30,631 bases of DNA from a virus (Duplodnaviria; Caudoviricetes): positions 1 through 30,631 of the IMG/VR virus record IMGVR_UViG_3300025653_000167; one strand, 5' to 3'. Positions within the stretch are counted from its first letter, which is position 1. Each line of letters opens with the position of its first letter. Made by a program: the position numbers and the translations under genes. This document shows, one piece after another, positions 1 through 7,911 of the stretch. The notes beneath the pieces are model-generated. The model ran no database searches and was not told where the DNA came from. It saw only the letters and a program-made list of their open reading frames with translations.

Positions 1-52
1 CTTTTTCCTAGCGCTGCTTCGTGCAGGCGCCTGGCTGTTTTGGAGGAAACCC

Positions 53-322
53 GTGGCCAAGTCCGAACCACCCACACCGAAGCGGCCCAGGCGGCCTGTG
101 TTCTGTTACAACGTCGGCGACATTCCCTACGACCTCTTCGCCATCGTCCGGATCTCCTGGTACCGCAAGGGCATGCCCTACGAGATCGAGGAGTACCAGA
201 TTGATGAATGCGACGACGCACTGGCTCAGTTCCAGTACGTGGTTGGGACCGCCCTCAAGCAGAACGCAGACGTGTCTGTGTTGACCCAGTACGAGCCCGA
301 GGCGCTGGGGGTGAGGGAATGA
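53..322 (+). CDS. Hypothetical phage protein (89 aa)
   Basis: GTG-start ORF; its TGA overlaps the next ATG (ATGA at 319-322). Confidence 0.7.
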   Translation: MAKSEPPTPKRPRRPVFCYNVGDIPYDLFAIVRISWYRKGMPYEIEEYQIDECDDALAQFQYVVGTALKQNADVSVLTQYEPEALGVRE

Positions 323-408
323 TTCCGCCAGTCGTGGTCTTCGGTCTGACGTGGCTGCTGGGGATGCTGGCAGTCACTGTGTATCTGACTGTTACAGGCA
401 TGGGTTGA
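319..408 (+). CDS. Small single-transmembrane peptide (29 aa, MIPPVVVFGLTWLLGMLAVTVYLTVTGMG)
   Basis: ATGA-coupled to upstream ORF; uniformly hydrophobic. Confidence 0.55.
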   Translation: MIPPVVVFGLTWLLGMLAVTVYLTVTGMG

Positions 409-432
409 CGCCTGCTGTCTCCTGTGTAAACC
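405..432 (+). promoter_or_regulatory. Possible sigma70-type promoter
   Basis: TTGACG followed 16 nt later by TAAACC, with TGTG just before it, upstream of the ORF at 475; -10 match imperfect. Confidence 0.4.
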
Positions 433-433
433 T

Positions 434-463
434 AAGGGCACGCCCGACACGGGCTGCCCTTTT
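434..463 (+). terminator. GC-rich hairpin with short U tail (intrinsic terminator-like or leader hairpin)
   Basis: AAGGGCA-C-GCCCG-ACA-CGGGC-TGCCCTT-TT. Confidence 0.5.
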
Positions 464-474
464 ACTCAATCAAC

Positions 475-720
475 ATGGCAAGCACAACTCCAGTGGACAA
501 CAGCAAACTCAGCCCTTGGTACTTCGGTGTCAACTGGGCCACCATGATCATGAAAGAGCGCATCAAGAAGTTCGAGAAAAAAGGCTGGGATGCGACTTAT
601 GACCGCAAGCAGCTGGCTTACTTAGAGGATCTTGAACAGTTCCTTAAAATGTCTTGGGATACCTGGCTCAACGACATGGAAGAGAACGCCGTCCGTATCC
701 GCGAGCAGGCTTCCAAATGA
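475..720 (+). CDS. Hypothetical phage protein (81 aa)
   Basis: ATG ORF, ATGA overlap with next gene. Confidence 0.75.
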   Translation: MASTTPVDNSKLSPWYFGVNWATMIMKERIKKFEKKGWDATYDRKQLAYLEDLEQFLKMSWDTWLNDMEENAVRIREQASK

Positions 721-959
721 CGGTCCTATCCATTGAAAACCTCCAGTTCCAAGGCGAATACCTCGTCGTCGATGCCTTTGTTGACGAGATTGTTCCAGTC
801 CGTGCGGCGACAAGTCTTGAACCAGCAGAGTGGGGGCCTGCCTTGTGCCGAGGCACCCTCTACTTTTCAGATGAGGACTTGATCCCGGCGACCGATGCCC
901 AATTCCGAAGGATGCTCACCGAAAGAGTCGACGACTGGAACCCCATCGACGACTTCTGA
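717..959 (+). CDS. Hypothetical acidic phage protein (80 aa, MTVLSIENLQFQ...)
   Basis: Start placed at ATG 717 because of the ATGA overlap with the upstream stop. Confidence 0.75.
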   Translation: MTVLSIENLQFQGEYLVVDAFVDEIVPVRAATSLEPAEWGPALCRGTLYFSDEDLIPATDAQFRRMLTERVDDWNPIDDF

Positions 960-1041
960 TCCACGCAACGACGAGGACTACGACACCTTCGAGTACGGCA
1001 CAGAGCCGATACCCGGCGACACCCAATGGGCCAAGCGATAG
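895..1041 (+). CDS. Possible small acidic protein (48 aa, ...RNDEDYDTFEYGTEPIPGDTQWAKR)
   Basis: ATG 895 to TAG 1041 fills the 960-1067 gap but overlaps the upstream gene by 65 nt. Confidence 0.4.
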   Translation: MPNSEGCSPKESTTGTPSTTSDPRNDEDYDTFEYGTEPIPGDTQWAKR

Positions 1042-1067
1042 CCTGGCCCTTCACCTACACACAAATC

Positions 1068-1259
1068 ATGGATTACGACTCGTATTACAAGGAATCACGC
1101 GGCTACAACTGGCACGACCTCATGGAGATGCGCAGTGCGCAGTCAGGCCTGGGGCGCTTCAAAAACGAAGAGGTGCCAGAGGTGTTCAAGCATCAATTTG
1201 CCGACAGAGCGGCATACGATGCTTGGGTTGCAGAACTACGCGAACTGTATTTCGGATGA
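1068..1259 (+). CDS. Hypothetical phage protein (63 aa, MDYDSYYKESRG...)
   Basis: ATG after an A/C-rich leader; ATGA overlap with next gene. Confidence 0.7.
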   Translation: MDYDSYYKESRGYNWHDLMEMRSAQSGLGRFKNEEVPEVFKHQFADRAAYDAWVAELRELYFG

Positions 1260-1513
1260 CTCAACCTCAAGGCCTGCCCTTCTACAGGTCCTACTTGCTC
1301 AACAAAACCATCAGCCTCTCTGAGGTGCCGGACTTGTCTGACTCGGACCTGAAGATGCTCAACATCGAAACCATGGAAGCGCTTGAGGGTGCCCGCCATG
1401 ACTACAACGCGATCCAGAACAAGCAGTCGGATGAGGCAGGCCCTGTTTACCGTCGCTTGAAGGTGGCTGGTTATTTCCAGGCAGCTATCAAGATCGAGCT
1501 AGAACAGGCTTGA
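1256..1513 (+). CDS. Hypothetical phage protein (85 aa, MTQPQGLPFYRS...)
   Basis: ATGA-coupled start at 1256. Confidence 0.7.
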   Translation: MTQPQGLPFYRSYLLNKTISLSEVPDLSDSDLKMLNIETMEALEGARHDYNAIQNKQSDEAGPVYRRLKVAGYFQAAIKIELEQA

Positions 1514-1544
1514 CTTCTCTACTACACTGCTGGAGATCTAAACC

Positions 1545-1919
1545 GTGAACATGCACATTCTCTCTGAATCTCAGTTTGAGAACATCAGCAAAGCTCTGGA
1601 AGCTGCGCAGGCAGCACTCTCCAATTGCCAACATGTTGAACTGGATCTCAACAGCAAGAAAGCCTTCCCTAAGGCGACCCAGGAAAAGATGGAGGCTAAG
1701 CCTCGTAAGACTCGCCGTGGTAAGCGCGGTGTTGCTGTTCTGACTGAGGCGAAGGTGCTGGAGATCAAGCGCCAGCTGGCTGCAGGCGGTAAGTCTGTGG
1801 CGAGTATTGCCCGTGATTTCGGCGTCCACATCACCACCATCAACTGCATTAAGTGGGGTAAGACCTGGAAGCACGTGAGCATTCAGCAGGAGTCCACTCC
1901 TGTTGAGGTGCACGGGTGA
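1545..1919 (+). CDS. Helix-turn-helix DNA-binding protein
   Basis: C-terminal LTEAKVLEIK...SVASIARDFGVHITTINCIKWGKTWKHV HTH pattern; start could be ATG 1551. Confidence 0.75.
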   Translation: MNMHILSESQFENISKALEAAQAALSNCQHVELDLNSKKAFPKATQEKMEAKPRKTRRGKRGVAVLTEAKVLEIKRQLAAGGKSVASIARDFGVHITTINCIKWGKTWKHVSIQQESTPVEVHG

Positions 1920-2425
1920 TTCTTCCAGACATTGAGATCCTTTCGCTTACGCGATTGGGGCTGGTCACACCGTTCGATCCAGAGCTACTGAATCCGGCAA
2001 GTCTTGATGTCCGGCTTGGCGACAACCTGCTGGTAGAGCGTGAAGAGCATCCTTCACTGGAGCCCTACTCCATTGCTGGGTACACGAAGGAGAACCCTTT
2101 CATGCTCTATCCGCATGAGTTCGTACTCGCTGAGACGTTTGAGGAGTTCCAGCTGCCTGACTGCATTGCCGGGCAGCTTGCTCTCAAGTCCAGTAGGGCT
2201 AGGGAGGGTATCGAACATCTTCTTGCGGGATACATAGATCCTGGTTATGTCGGAAGACTAACTCTGGAACTACAGAATGCGCGTAAGTTCCACCCTGTCT
2301 ATCTCTGGCCGGGTATGCGTATTGCGCAGATTGTTTTCCATAAGCTTTCGATGCTGCCTGCAAAGGATTACTCCGTTACGGGCAGATACCAGGGCGACAA
2401 AACTGTTCAAGCATCTAAAGGATGA
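1916..2425 (+). CDS. dcd: dCTP deaminase
   Basis: Motifs NPASLDVRLG, LKSSRAREG, IDPGYVGRLTLEL, RIAQIVF, RYQGD. Confidence 0.92.
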   Translation: MILPDIEILSLTRLGLVTPFDPELLNPASLDVRLGDNLLVEREEHPSLEPYSIAGYTKENPFMLYPHEFVLAETFEEFQLPDCIAGQLALKSSRAREGIEHLLAGYIDPGYVGRLTLELQNARKFHPVYLWPGMRIAQIVFHKLSMLPAKDYSVTGRYQGDKTVQASKG

Positions 2426-2664
2426 CTGACAACGTTAATCACCCCAGCCATTACACCTCGGGCAAAGTTGAGGTCATCGACACTATTGAGGATTGGGTGC
2501 GGGGGGCACCTGATCCAGTCGTTGGTGGCCTTCATTGGCAGGTGATCAAGTACATCAGCAGGGCTTGGCTTAAGAAGGATCCTTACGAGGACTTCTGCAA
2601 AGCCCGCTGGTACTTGACGCGGCTGATTAACACTTTGGCTACGGAGGCTTACCGGGAGAAATGA
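2422..2664 (+). CDS. DUF3310-type phage protein (T7 gp1.7-like nucleotide kinase family)
   Basis: DNVNHPSHYT...EVIDTI...KYISRA...EDFCKARWYL signature. Confidence 0.85.
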   Translation: MTDNVNHPSHYTSGKVEVIDTIEDWVRGAPDPVVGGLHWQVIKYISRAWLKKDPYEDFCKARWYLTRLINTLATEAYREK

Positions 2665-2825
2665 GGCACTGGTGGCGTGTTGTCGCCAAGGCCTTGGGGG
2701 AGAAAGCGCACCAGAACGACCGGATCGCTGATCAGGTTGCGACGGTGCGCTTTTTAATTCTCTTGGCTTACATGACAACCAACTTTTTTATTTGTTCAGG
2801 AGTAATTAGGCACTGGAATGACTAA
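2661..2825 (+). CDS. Small membrane protein (54 aa, MRHWWRVVAKALGEKA...SGVIRHWND)
   Basis: ATGA-coupled ORF below the track cutoff; hydrophobic C-terminal half; pattern recalled from cyanophage small proteins. Confidence 0.7.
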   Translation: MRHWWRVVAKALGEKAHQNDRIADQVATVRFLILLAYMTTNFFICSGVIRHWND

Positions 2826-3282
2826 CTGCAGCCACTTCTTTCGGGAAATCACCAACACGCACAAATGGGCCTACGGCCCTTACCGAACTTACTGGGCTAA
2901 ATGCAAACTTTGCAACCACAAATGGAAGGTCTACATCGACACTGAAAAGCGGCAAGAAATTAAATTGCCCCAGTCGATGATGCGCAGGCGCAAGCTTGAT
3001 GAGCCTGCCGTTAGACGAGTTCTACTAGATGAAAGACCTTATAGTCAGATTGCAAAAGATAACGGGATTAGTCATCAGGCTGTCAGCGAAATAAAGCTGG
3101 GTAAGTCCTACAAATACTTCTGCAAAGACATACCCAGAAAAGCGCCACGCACACAAAAGAAGTGCGTCAACTGTGAGCACTGGTGGCAGGGCAAATGTGG
3201 TTTGTCTGTACCAGAGGCTGGTGGTTGTTTTGCTGGGGATTGCTCGTTCTATAGCCACTACGGGTCAGCTGTGATACAGTAA
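2818..3282 (+). CDS. Cys-rich (putative Zn-binding) HTH protein
   Basis: CxH/CxxC at N-terminus, central YSQIAKDNGISHQAVSEIKLGKSY HTH, C-terminal CxxCxxW...C...C. Confidence 0.75.
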   Translation: MTNCSHFFREITNTHKWAYGPYRTYWAKCKLCNHKWKVYIDTEKRQEIKLPQSMMRRRKLDEPAVRRVLLDERPYSQIAKDNGISHQAVSEIKLGKSYKYFCKDIPRKAPRTQKKCVNCEHWWQGKCGLSVPEAGGCFAGDCSFYSHYGSAVIQ

Positions 3283-3303
3283 GCGGGCATTGCCCCACCA
3301 GGC

Positions 3304-5130
3304 TTGAACTACCTCTTCGGTGTTGCGCACCTGCCTTCCCTCGCAGGTGCCAAAAAGATTTGCTTTGACGTTGAGACGACCCAGTTGCAGCCCAAGTTTG
3401 GACGCATGAGGTTGCTCCAGCTGGCCACCTACGGCAAACCTCCCGTGGTGATTGACTGCTTTGCTCTCGATGACAACGAATGGATTGAGCTTGAAGAGTT
3501 CTTCAAAACTAAGCGCTCTTGGTACGCCCACAACGCTGTGTTTGATCTTGGCTGGCTCCAGGAGCACGAGATTTATCCCGAAGGCAGGGTGTTCTGCACC
3601 ATGCTTGCTAGCCGCATACTCAGAAACGGCTTGCCAAATGTAAAGCACGGCCTGCAGCATGTTGTGCATCGTTATCTCGGTAAGTCCTTATCCAAGGAAG
3701 AGCAGAAAAGTGATTGGTCTGGTCAACTGACTAAAAGTCAACTGGATTACGCGGCTAAAGATGTAGAGATTCTTACTGAGCTTGTAGAAAAGATTCTCCA
3801 TAGGATCGCCATTGGCGTGCTTGCTCCAGCGTGGTGTATTGAGTGCAATGCGCTCCAGTCGATGGCACAGCTTTGGCGGACTGGTTTGCCGTTCGATAAG
3901 AAGGATTTGGAGCAGCTAATTGTTACTTTGGATGCGGAAGCTTTAGAAACTGGTGAGCAGTTTATTCAGGATTTTGATGAGGCTTTGCCCCAGGGAGAGA
4001 AGCTTTGTCGTGATGCCAAGGGTAAACTTCTTTACCGCACCAAGCCTGCAGCTAAGGGGGAAAAGGTTGAGAGGGGGACTTTCAATCTCAATAGCCCTGT
4101 GCAACTGCTGAAAAAGTTCACCGCTTTGCTTGGTGAAGTACCGATTGATCAGAAGAGCAAAAAGCCTAGTGCCAGTAAGTCGGCGCTCCAGGAGTATGCA
4201 GGGCAGCACAAGATTGTGGCGGACTACTTGAAGTGGAAGAAGACTGAGAAGAGAAGGCAGATGGCGGAAACGCTGCTGAAGAATGTGGAGAGTGATGGGT
4301 ACATTCGTGCCAGCTATCTGCAGATGGGGGCTGACACTGGCAGGATGAGTTGCATGAGTCCCAACCTGCAGCAGATTCCCAGGGATCAGCGGTTTAGGGC
4401 GTGTGTGAAAGCTCCAGAGGGGTGGCGCTTTGTGGTGGCTGACTTTGGGCAGATGGAGCTGAGGTTGGCGGCTGCGGAAGCTAAAGATGAACTTATGACT
4501 CAAGCGTTCCAGGCTGGGGATGACCTCCATACGATTACTGCGGTGCAGATTTATGGAGTGGATAAGGATGAGGTCACGAAGGAGCAGCGGCAGGTCAGCA
4601 AGAGCGCGAATTTTGGCTTGCTTTATGGCAGTGGGGCAAACGGGCTTAGGAATTACGCAGCAGCGATGGGCATCCAAATGGATCTTGATGAAGCAGCCGC
4701 AGTCAGGGAAAAGTTCCACGCTGCTTATAAAGGGATCAGCCGGTGGCAGCGTAAGAATGCTGCACTTGCTAATGCGCCTGCGAAAAATCCATCTGTCGAA
4801 ATCCGCATTTCGGGGCTCAGGCGGTTTCTACCGGGAGAGAACAACAAGCTCACGACCCGTTGTAATACGCCGATCCAAGGTGCTGGCGCTGCTGTCCTCA
4901 AATACACGCTTGGCAAGTTGTGGCCGCTCCTTAAATCCGATGGGGAGGACATCGTGCGCTTGGCCGGCGTGGTGCATGACGAAATCATCTTGCTCGTAGT
5001 TGAAGAGCACGCTGATGCTTGGGCGTCCCAGCTGCAAACAGTTATGGAAAACTGTGAATCTAAGTGGCTTGGTGATATACCACCGCTTGCCGAAGCTAAG
5101 GTCGGGTTGAGTTGGGATCAGGCCAAGTGA
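3304..5130 (+). CDS. polA: Family A DNA polymerase with 3'-5' exonuclease domain, no 5'-3' exonuclease domain
   Basis: ExoI FDVET, ExoII HNAVFD, ExoIII YAAKD; TGRMSCMSPNLQQIP; motif A ADFGQMELR; motif B RQVSKSANFGLLYG; motif C VHDEI. Confidence 0.97.
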   Translation: MNYLFGVAHLPSLAGAKKICFDVETTQLQPKFGRMRLLQLATYGKPPVVIDCFALDDNEWIELEEFFKTKRSWYAHNAVFDLGWLQEHEIYPEGRVFCTMLASRILRNGLPNVKHGLQHVVHRYLGKSLSKEEQKSDWSGQLTKSQLDYAAKDVEILTELVEKILHRIAIGVLAPAWCIECNALQSMAQLWRTGLPFDKKDLEQLIVTLDAEALETGEQFIQDFDEALPQGEKLCRDAKGKLLYRTKPAAKGEKVERGTFNLNSPVQLLKKFTALLGEVPIDQKSKKPSASKSALQEYAGQHKIVADYLKWKKTEKRRQMAETLLKNVESDGYIRASYLQMGADTGRMSCMSPNLQQIPRDQRFRACVKAPEGWRFVVADFGQMELRLAAAEAKDELMTQAFQAGDDLHTITAVQIYGVDKDEVTKEQRQVSKSANFGLLYGSGANGLRNYAAAMGIQMDLDEAAAVREKFHAAYKGISRWQRKNAALANAPAKNPSVEIRISGLRRFLPGENNKLTTRCNTPIQGAGAAVLKYTLGKLWPLLKSDGEDIVRLAGVVHDEIILLVVEEHADAWASQLQTVMENCESKWLGDIPPLAEAKVGLSWDQAK

Positions 5131-5306
5131 CGGAGCTTCGTGAGTACCGTGTGCGCATGTGGCCGAAGCATGGTCCCATGCACGACATCTTTGTGGAAGC
5201 TCCAGACATCCTTACTGCAAGGGAATATGCCATGCGGTTGTGTCCTGAGCAGCTGGTGCTTGGTGTCAAACGAAAGGAAGAGGCTGTCTCAGAAGTAAAC
5301 TCGTGA
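5127..5306 (+). CDS. Hypothetical phage protein (59 aa)
   Basis: GTGA overlap with polA stop; resembles a segment of ORF 6108-6416. Confidence 0.7.
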   Translation: MTELREYRVRMWPKHGPMHDIFVEAPDILTAREYAMRLCPEQLVLGVKRKEEAVSEVNS

Positions 5307-5506
5307 GTCGCACCGGGAGGGAGATCGTCCTGGAGTGGCTTTATAAGGAGATCAGGCAAGCGCGGACCGCTGACTTACAGCGGGCCGCTGCTTTTTTGGA
5401 GTGGGCTAGAGGCATTCGTAAGGGCTGCTCCAAGCAGAGGTTTGGGGCGCGGGTGTCCCAGGCAAATGCGTGGCGCAAGCAGGTTGACCAGGATGTTCGC
5501 TGGTAA
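5303..5506 (+). CDS. Hypothetical basic protein (67 aa)
   Basis: GTGA-coupled ORF. Confidence 0.7.
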   Translation: MSRTGREIVLEWLYKEIRQARTADLQRAAAFLEWARGIRKGCSKQRFGARVSQANAWRKQVDQDVRW

Positions 5507-5541
5507 CTACGTGCTACTGTGTGACAAAGCAGCAAGTTGTC

Positions 5542-5814
5542 ATGCCCCTTAAGCACGGGTCGAAAATTTATTGCCAAGTCCTGCTAGACAAAAATAGGTA
5601 CCAGTTGGCCAAAGCTCTTGCGGATAGGCGTGGAGTTCGCGTGACCGCGATGATGCGGGAAGTGGTTTACAAGTTTCTGGAGGCGGAGCTGCCCCAGGAG
5701 TATGGGTTTGCGTTGATGGCTGACAATGAGGCGTGGCAGGAGTCTGTGCAACGGCGAGTTCAAGGCCGCATAAATGCACGAGAACAGAAAAAGGTGCAAC
5801 CAGAAGACTCATGA
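5542..5814 (+). CDS. Possible ribbon-helix-helix DNA-binding protein
   Basis: IYCQVLLD strand then YQLAKALADRRGVRVTAMMREVVYKFL helix pair; ATG 5542 preferred to GTG 5521. Confidence 0.6.
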   Translation: MPLKHGSKIYCQVLLDKNRYQLAKALADRRGVRVTAMMREVVYKFLEAELPQEYGFALMADNEAWQESVQRRVQGRINAREQKKVQPEDS

Positions 5815-5892
5815 GACTTAGTTAAAGTTCTACATAGTCTGCCGGCTTAAGATTCCTTTTACTAGCATTACACAGTAGTTAAAAAGGGTCCG

Positions 5893-6108
5893 ATGACGCG
5901 CTATGTGGTTATGGTCGAAGATCGCTGGGTCACAGCGGTTTACGGCCCAGGTCAAGGAATTGGTGTCACTGCTTGTAAGGAAGACGCTTCAAGCTGGGTC
6001 ACATACGAGCGGGCTGTCAGTGCTGCGAGAATTGTTTCTCAGTGCGTTGACGGTGCTGTTGCTGTTCATAGCGTTGAAGAACCCGCCCACTTCAAATCCT
6101 GGAAATAA
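5893..6108 (+). CDS. Hypothetical phage protein (71 aa)
   Basis: ATG ORF, TAATG overlap with next gene. Confidence 0.7.
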   Translation: MTRYVVMVEDRWVTAVYGPGQGIGVTACKEDASSWVTYERAVSAARIVSQCVDGAVAVHSVEEPAHFKSWK

Positions 6109-6416
6109 TGCCGTTCCAACCTCAGACCGATCCCGAGCAGCGTCTTGGTGAAGGTATCTCTCGCACCAGTGCAGAGAAGACGAAGCTGTTTGAGTTGACT
6201 GTGTGGTTGCCTGGTCAGGGTGCCATGCGGGATCTTGTGCGAGCTGAGAACTTAAAGCAGGCGATTAAGTTTGCTGAAAATCGTTACCCGAATTGCAGGG
6301 TTGAGGTGCCGCCTAAGACGGCCAAAAAACCTAAACTGGCTCGCTCTCATACTGGGCCGAAGCTCAGGCAGAGACTCACTGCAAAAACCGTGGAGGTTGT
6401 AAATGGACAGGGCTGA
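6108..6416 (+). CDS. Hypothetical phage protein (102 aa)
   Basis: TAATG-coupled ORF; shares a motif with ORF 5127-5306. Confidence 0.7.
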   Translation: MPFQPQTDPEQRLGEGISRTSAEKTKLFELTVWLPGQGAMRDLVRAENLKQAIKFAENRYPNCRVEVPPKTAKKPKLARSHTGPKLRQRLTAKTVEVVNGQG

Positions 6417-6567
6417 ATGGGCGCACCTTACTTGGGGTAGGACGATCGTGGATCAGTCGCGGGCGGATTTGCTGGAGCATTTGTACCAGCATGATGGGCG
6501 GGCAGACAAAGATCACCCGCTTCATCACACCTATACCGGGCTGTATCAGAAGTACACGGCTATCTAA
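6403..6567 (+). CDS. Small protein (54 aa, ...LYQHDGRADKDHPLHHTYTGLYQKY)
   Basis: ATG 6403 preceded by GGAGG; TAA 6565-6567; last gene of the + arm. Confidence 0.7.
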   Translation: MDRAEWAHLTWGRTIVDQSRADLLEHLYQHDGRADKDHPLHHTYTGLYQKYTAI

Positions 6568-6785
6568 GCCGAGTCACGATCCATTCCGAATTGGTCGGCC
6601 AGGTTATCTGCAGCTTCGCGGATAGCCCAGGCCGATTTTGTTCTTTCCAGCTGGTGCAGCGTGTTCAGTACCAGTGCTGCTTCCAGCAATCCCCTGTAGT
6701 CCTGCTTGTTGAACATTTCCACTAGCCATTTGTCGTTGGCGGCTTTGTGGAAGGACGACTCCGTGGAGTGTTCGATGGGGCGCAT
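6564..6785 (-). CDS. Hypothetical helical protein (73 aa) downstream of endolysin
   Basis: ATG 1 nt after the endolysin stop. Confidence 0.75.
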   Translation of the reverse strand: MRPIEHSTESSFHKAANDKWLVEMFNKQDYRGLLEAALVLNTLHQLERTKSAWAIREAADNLADQFGMDRDSA

Positions 6786-6786
6786 G

Positions 6787-7911
6787 CTACTTAGGGCGGA
6801 TTTTCATGAACCAGCCCGTGTCGTTGCCTTCGATGAGCCAGCGAGGCAGCCAGTTCTTGCGAGAGTACGCGATTCCCGCGCCTCCCTTGTTGCTTATATA
6901 GCCACCGGAAACCAAGTTGGCCTCACCAAATGGGTCGTTGTGGATGAAATGGGATGGAGTAAAGCCGACGATTACGCTCCAGTGGCCGGTGCCTGTAGGT
7001 TTTGAGACCGGGCCTTTGTGTAGCCAGCCCACTGGTACTGGGTAGCCGTTAAGTATTTCGTTTTGTAGGTCTTCTGCCGTCCCATCCAGCACGAAGGTTG
7101 GTTTTAGTCCCAGTGCAGTTAGGGCTGCTTTTTGGGCGTTGGGGTCTGTGGTGTCACCGAAGCGGGCGCGGAGTTTGTTGTATTCATAGTCGCCCGAGAT
7201 CTTGCCGTAGTAGCGGGCAACCATTGCGCAGCTGGAACTGAAGCACTGGCGGTAACCGCGTGGTCCGTCGTCTGCACCAAGCTGGTATTCGTAGGGCACG
7301 CGCAGTAATTTTTCCTTCTCTTTACGTGCCGGCTTTTTTGCGCAGTTCTCGTTCATTAGTGCAATTAGTTTTTTCGGGTAGGTGGGGTCTGTTGCGTAGC
7401 TTTCTCTGTAAAGCCAGCGGGCTGCTTCCTCTCTGGTGGGCGCGTTGTTGCAGCCTTTGTAATGTTTATAGTCTTTGTACCAGTGATCGACTAGATAAAT
7501 TACGCAGGTCAGTAGGTCGGGGAAGTCGATAAAGCTATCGGTGATTGTGATCCACTGCCCGTTGATAAATACTTGGGTTTTGTGGTCGCTGCCTGCACCT
7601 TTGAGGCCGAAAAAGTTATTGCGGCCTGAAACCAGTTGGCCGTAACTTGACTCCAGTGCCCACTGTGCTGCTGCAAGTTCGGGGAATTTTGCGCCAGATG
7701 CTTCCGCTGCGTGGTAAACGCCTTCCCAGCTATTGGGAAAGTTAATTTGTTTACCTCCGGTGGACCAGGTGTTGAACCAGGGGTTTTTGCGGTCGAGCAG
7801 GGATGGGTCGGCCTTTAGGATGGCCTCCTCCAGTTCTGTGATGGCTGCCATTTGGTGGGGCAGCGCTTTGTAGTAGCGGAATAGATCAATCAGGCGGAGC
7901 TTTTGGGACAT
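6787..7911 (-). CDS. Modular endolysin: N-terminal accessory domain + GH73 glucosaminidase + C39-like cysteine peptidase
   Basis: AQWALESSYG, NNFFGLKG, YATDPTY (GH73); QCFSSSCAM, GHWSVIVGF, HNDPFG (C39 Cys-His-Asp). Confidence 0.88.
   Translation of the reverse strand: MSQKLRLIDLFRYYKALPHQMAAITELEEAILKADPSLLDRKNPWFNTWSTGGKQINFPNSWEGVYHAAEASGAKFPELAAAQWALESSYGQLVSGRNNFFGLKGAGSDHKTQVFINGQWITITDSFIDFPDLLTCVIYLVDHWYKDYKHYKGCNNAPTREEAARWLYRESYATDPTYPKKLIALMNENCAKKPARKEKEKLLRVPYEYQLGADDGPRGYRQCFSSSCAMVARYYGKISGDYEYNKLRARFGDTTDPNAQKAALTALGLKPTFVLDGTAEDLQNEILNGYPVPVGWLHKGPVSKPTGTGHWSVIVGFTPSHFIHNDPFGEANLVSGGYISNKGGAGIAYSRKNWLPRWLIEGNDTGWFMKIRPK

Noticed and set aside
951-960. RF2-style +1 frameshift at TTC TGA
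   Set aside because: Re-pairing of tRNA-Phe from UUC to UCU is poor and the +1 frame has its own ATG at 895
3943-4719. 258-aa - strand ORF
   Set aside because: Antisense shadow of polA
1916-5130. Modified-base (e.g. 2-aminoadenine) system around dcd and polA
   Set aside because: No PurZ, MazZ, DatZ or other base-modification enzyme in the window
7901-7907. Second C CCA AAA at the end of the holin extension, suggesting fusion to the endolysin
   Set aside because: A -1 slip gives CCC AAA AGC TCC GCC TGA; the endolysin is in the other frame, so no fusion results
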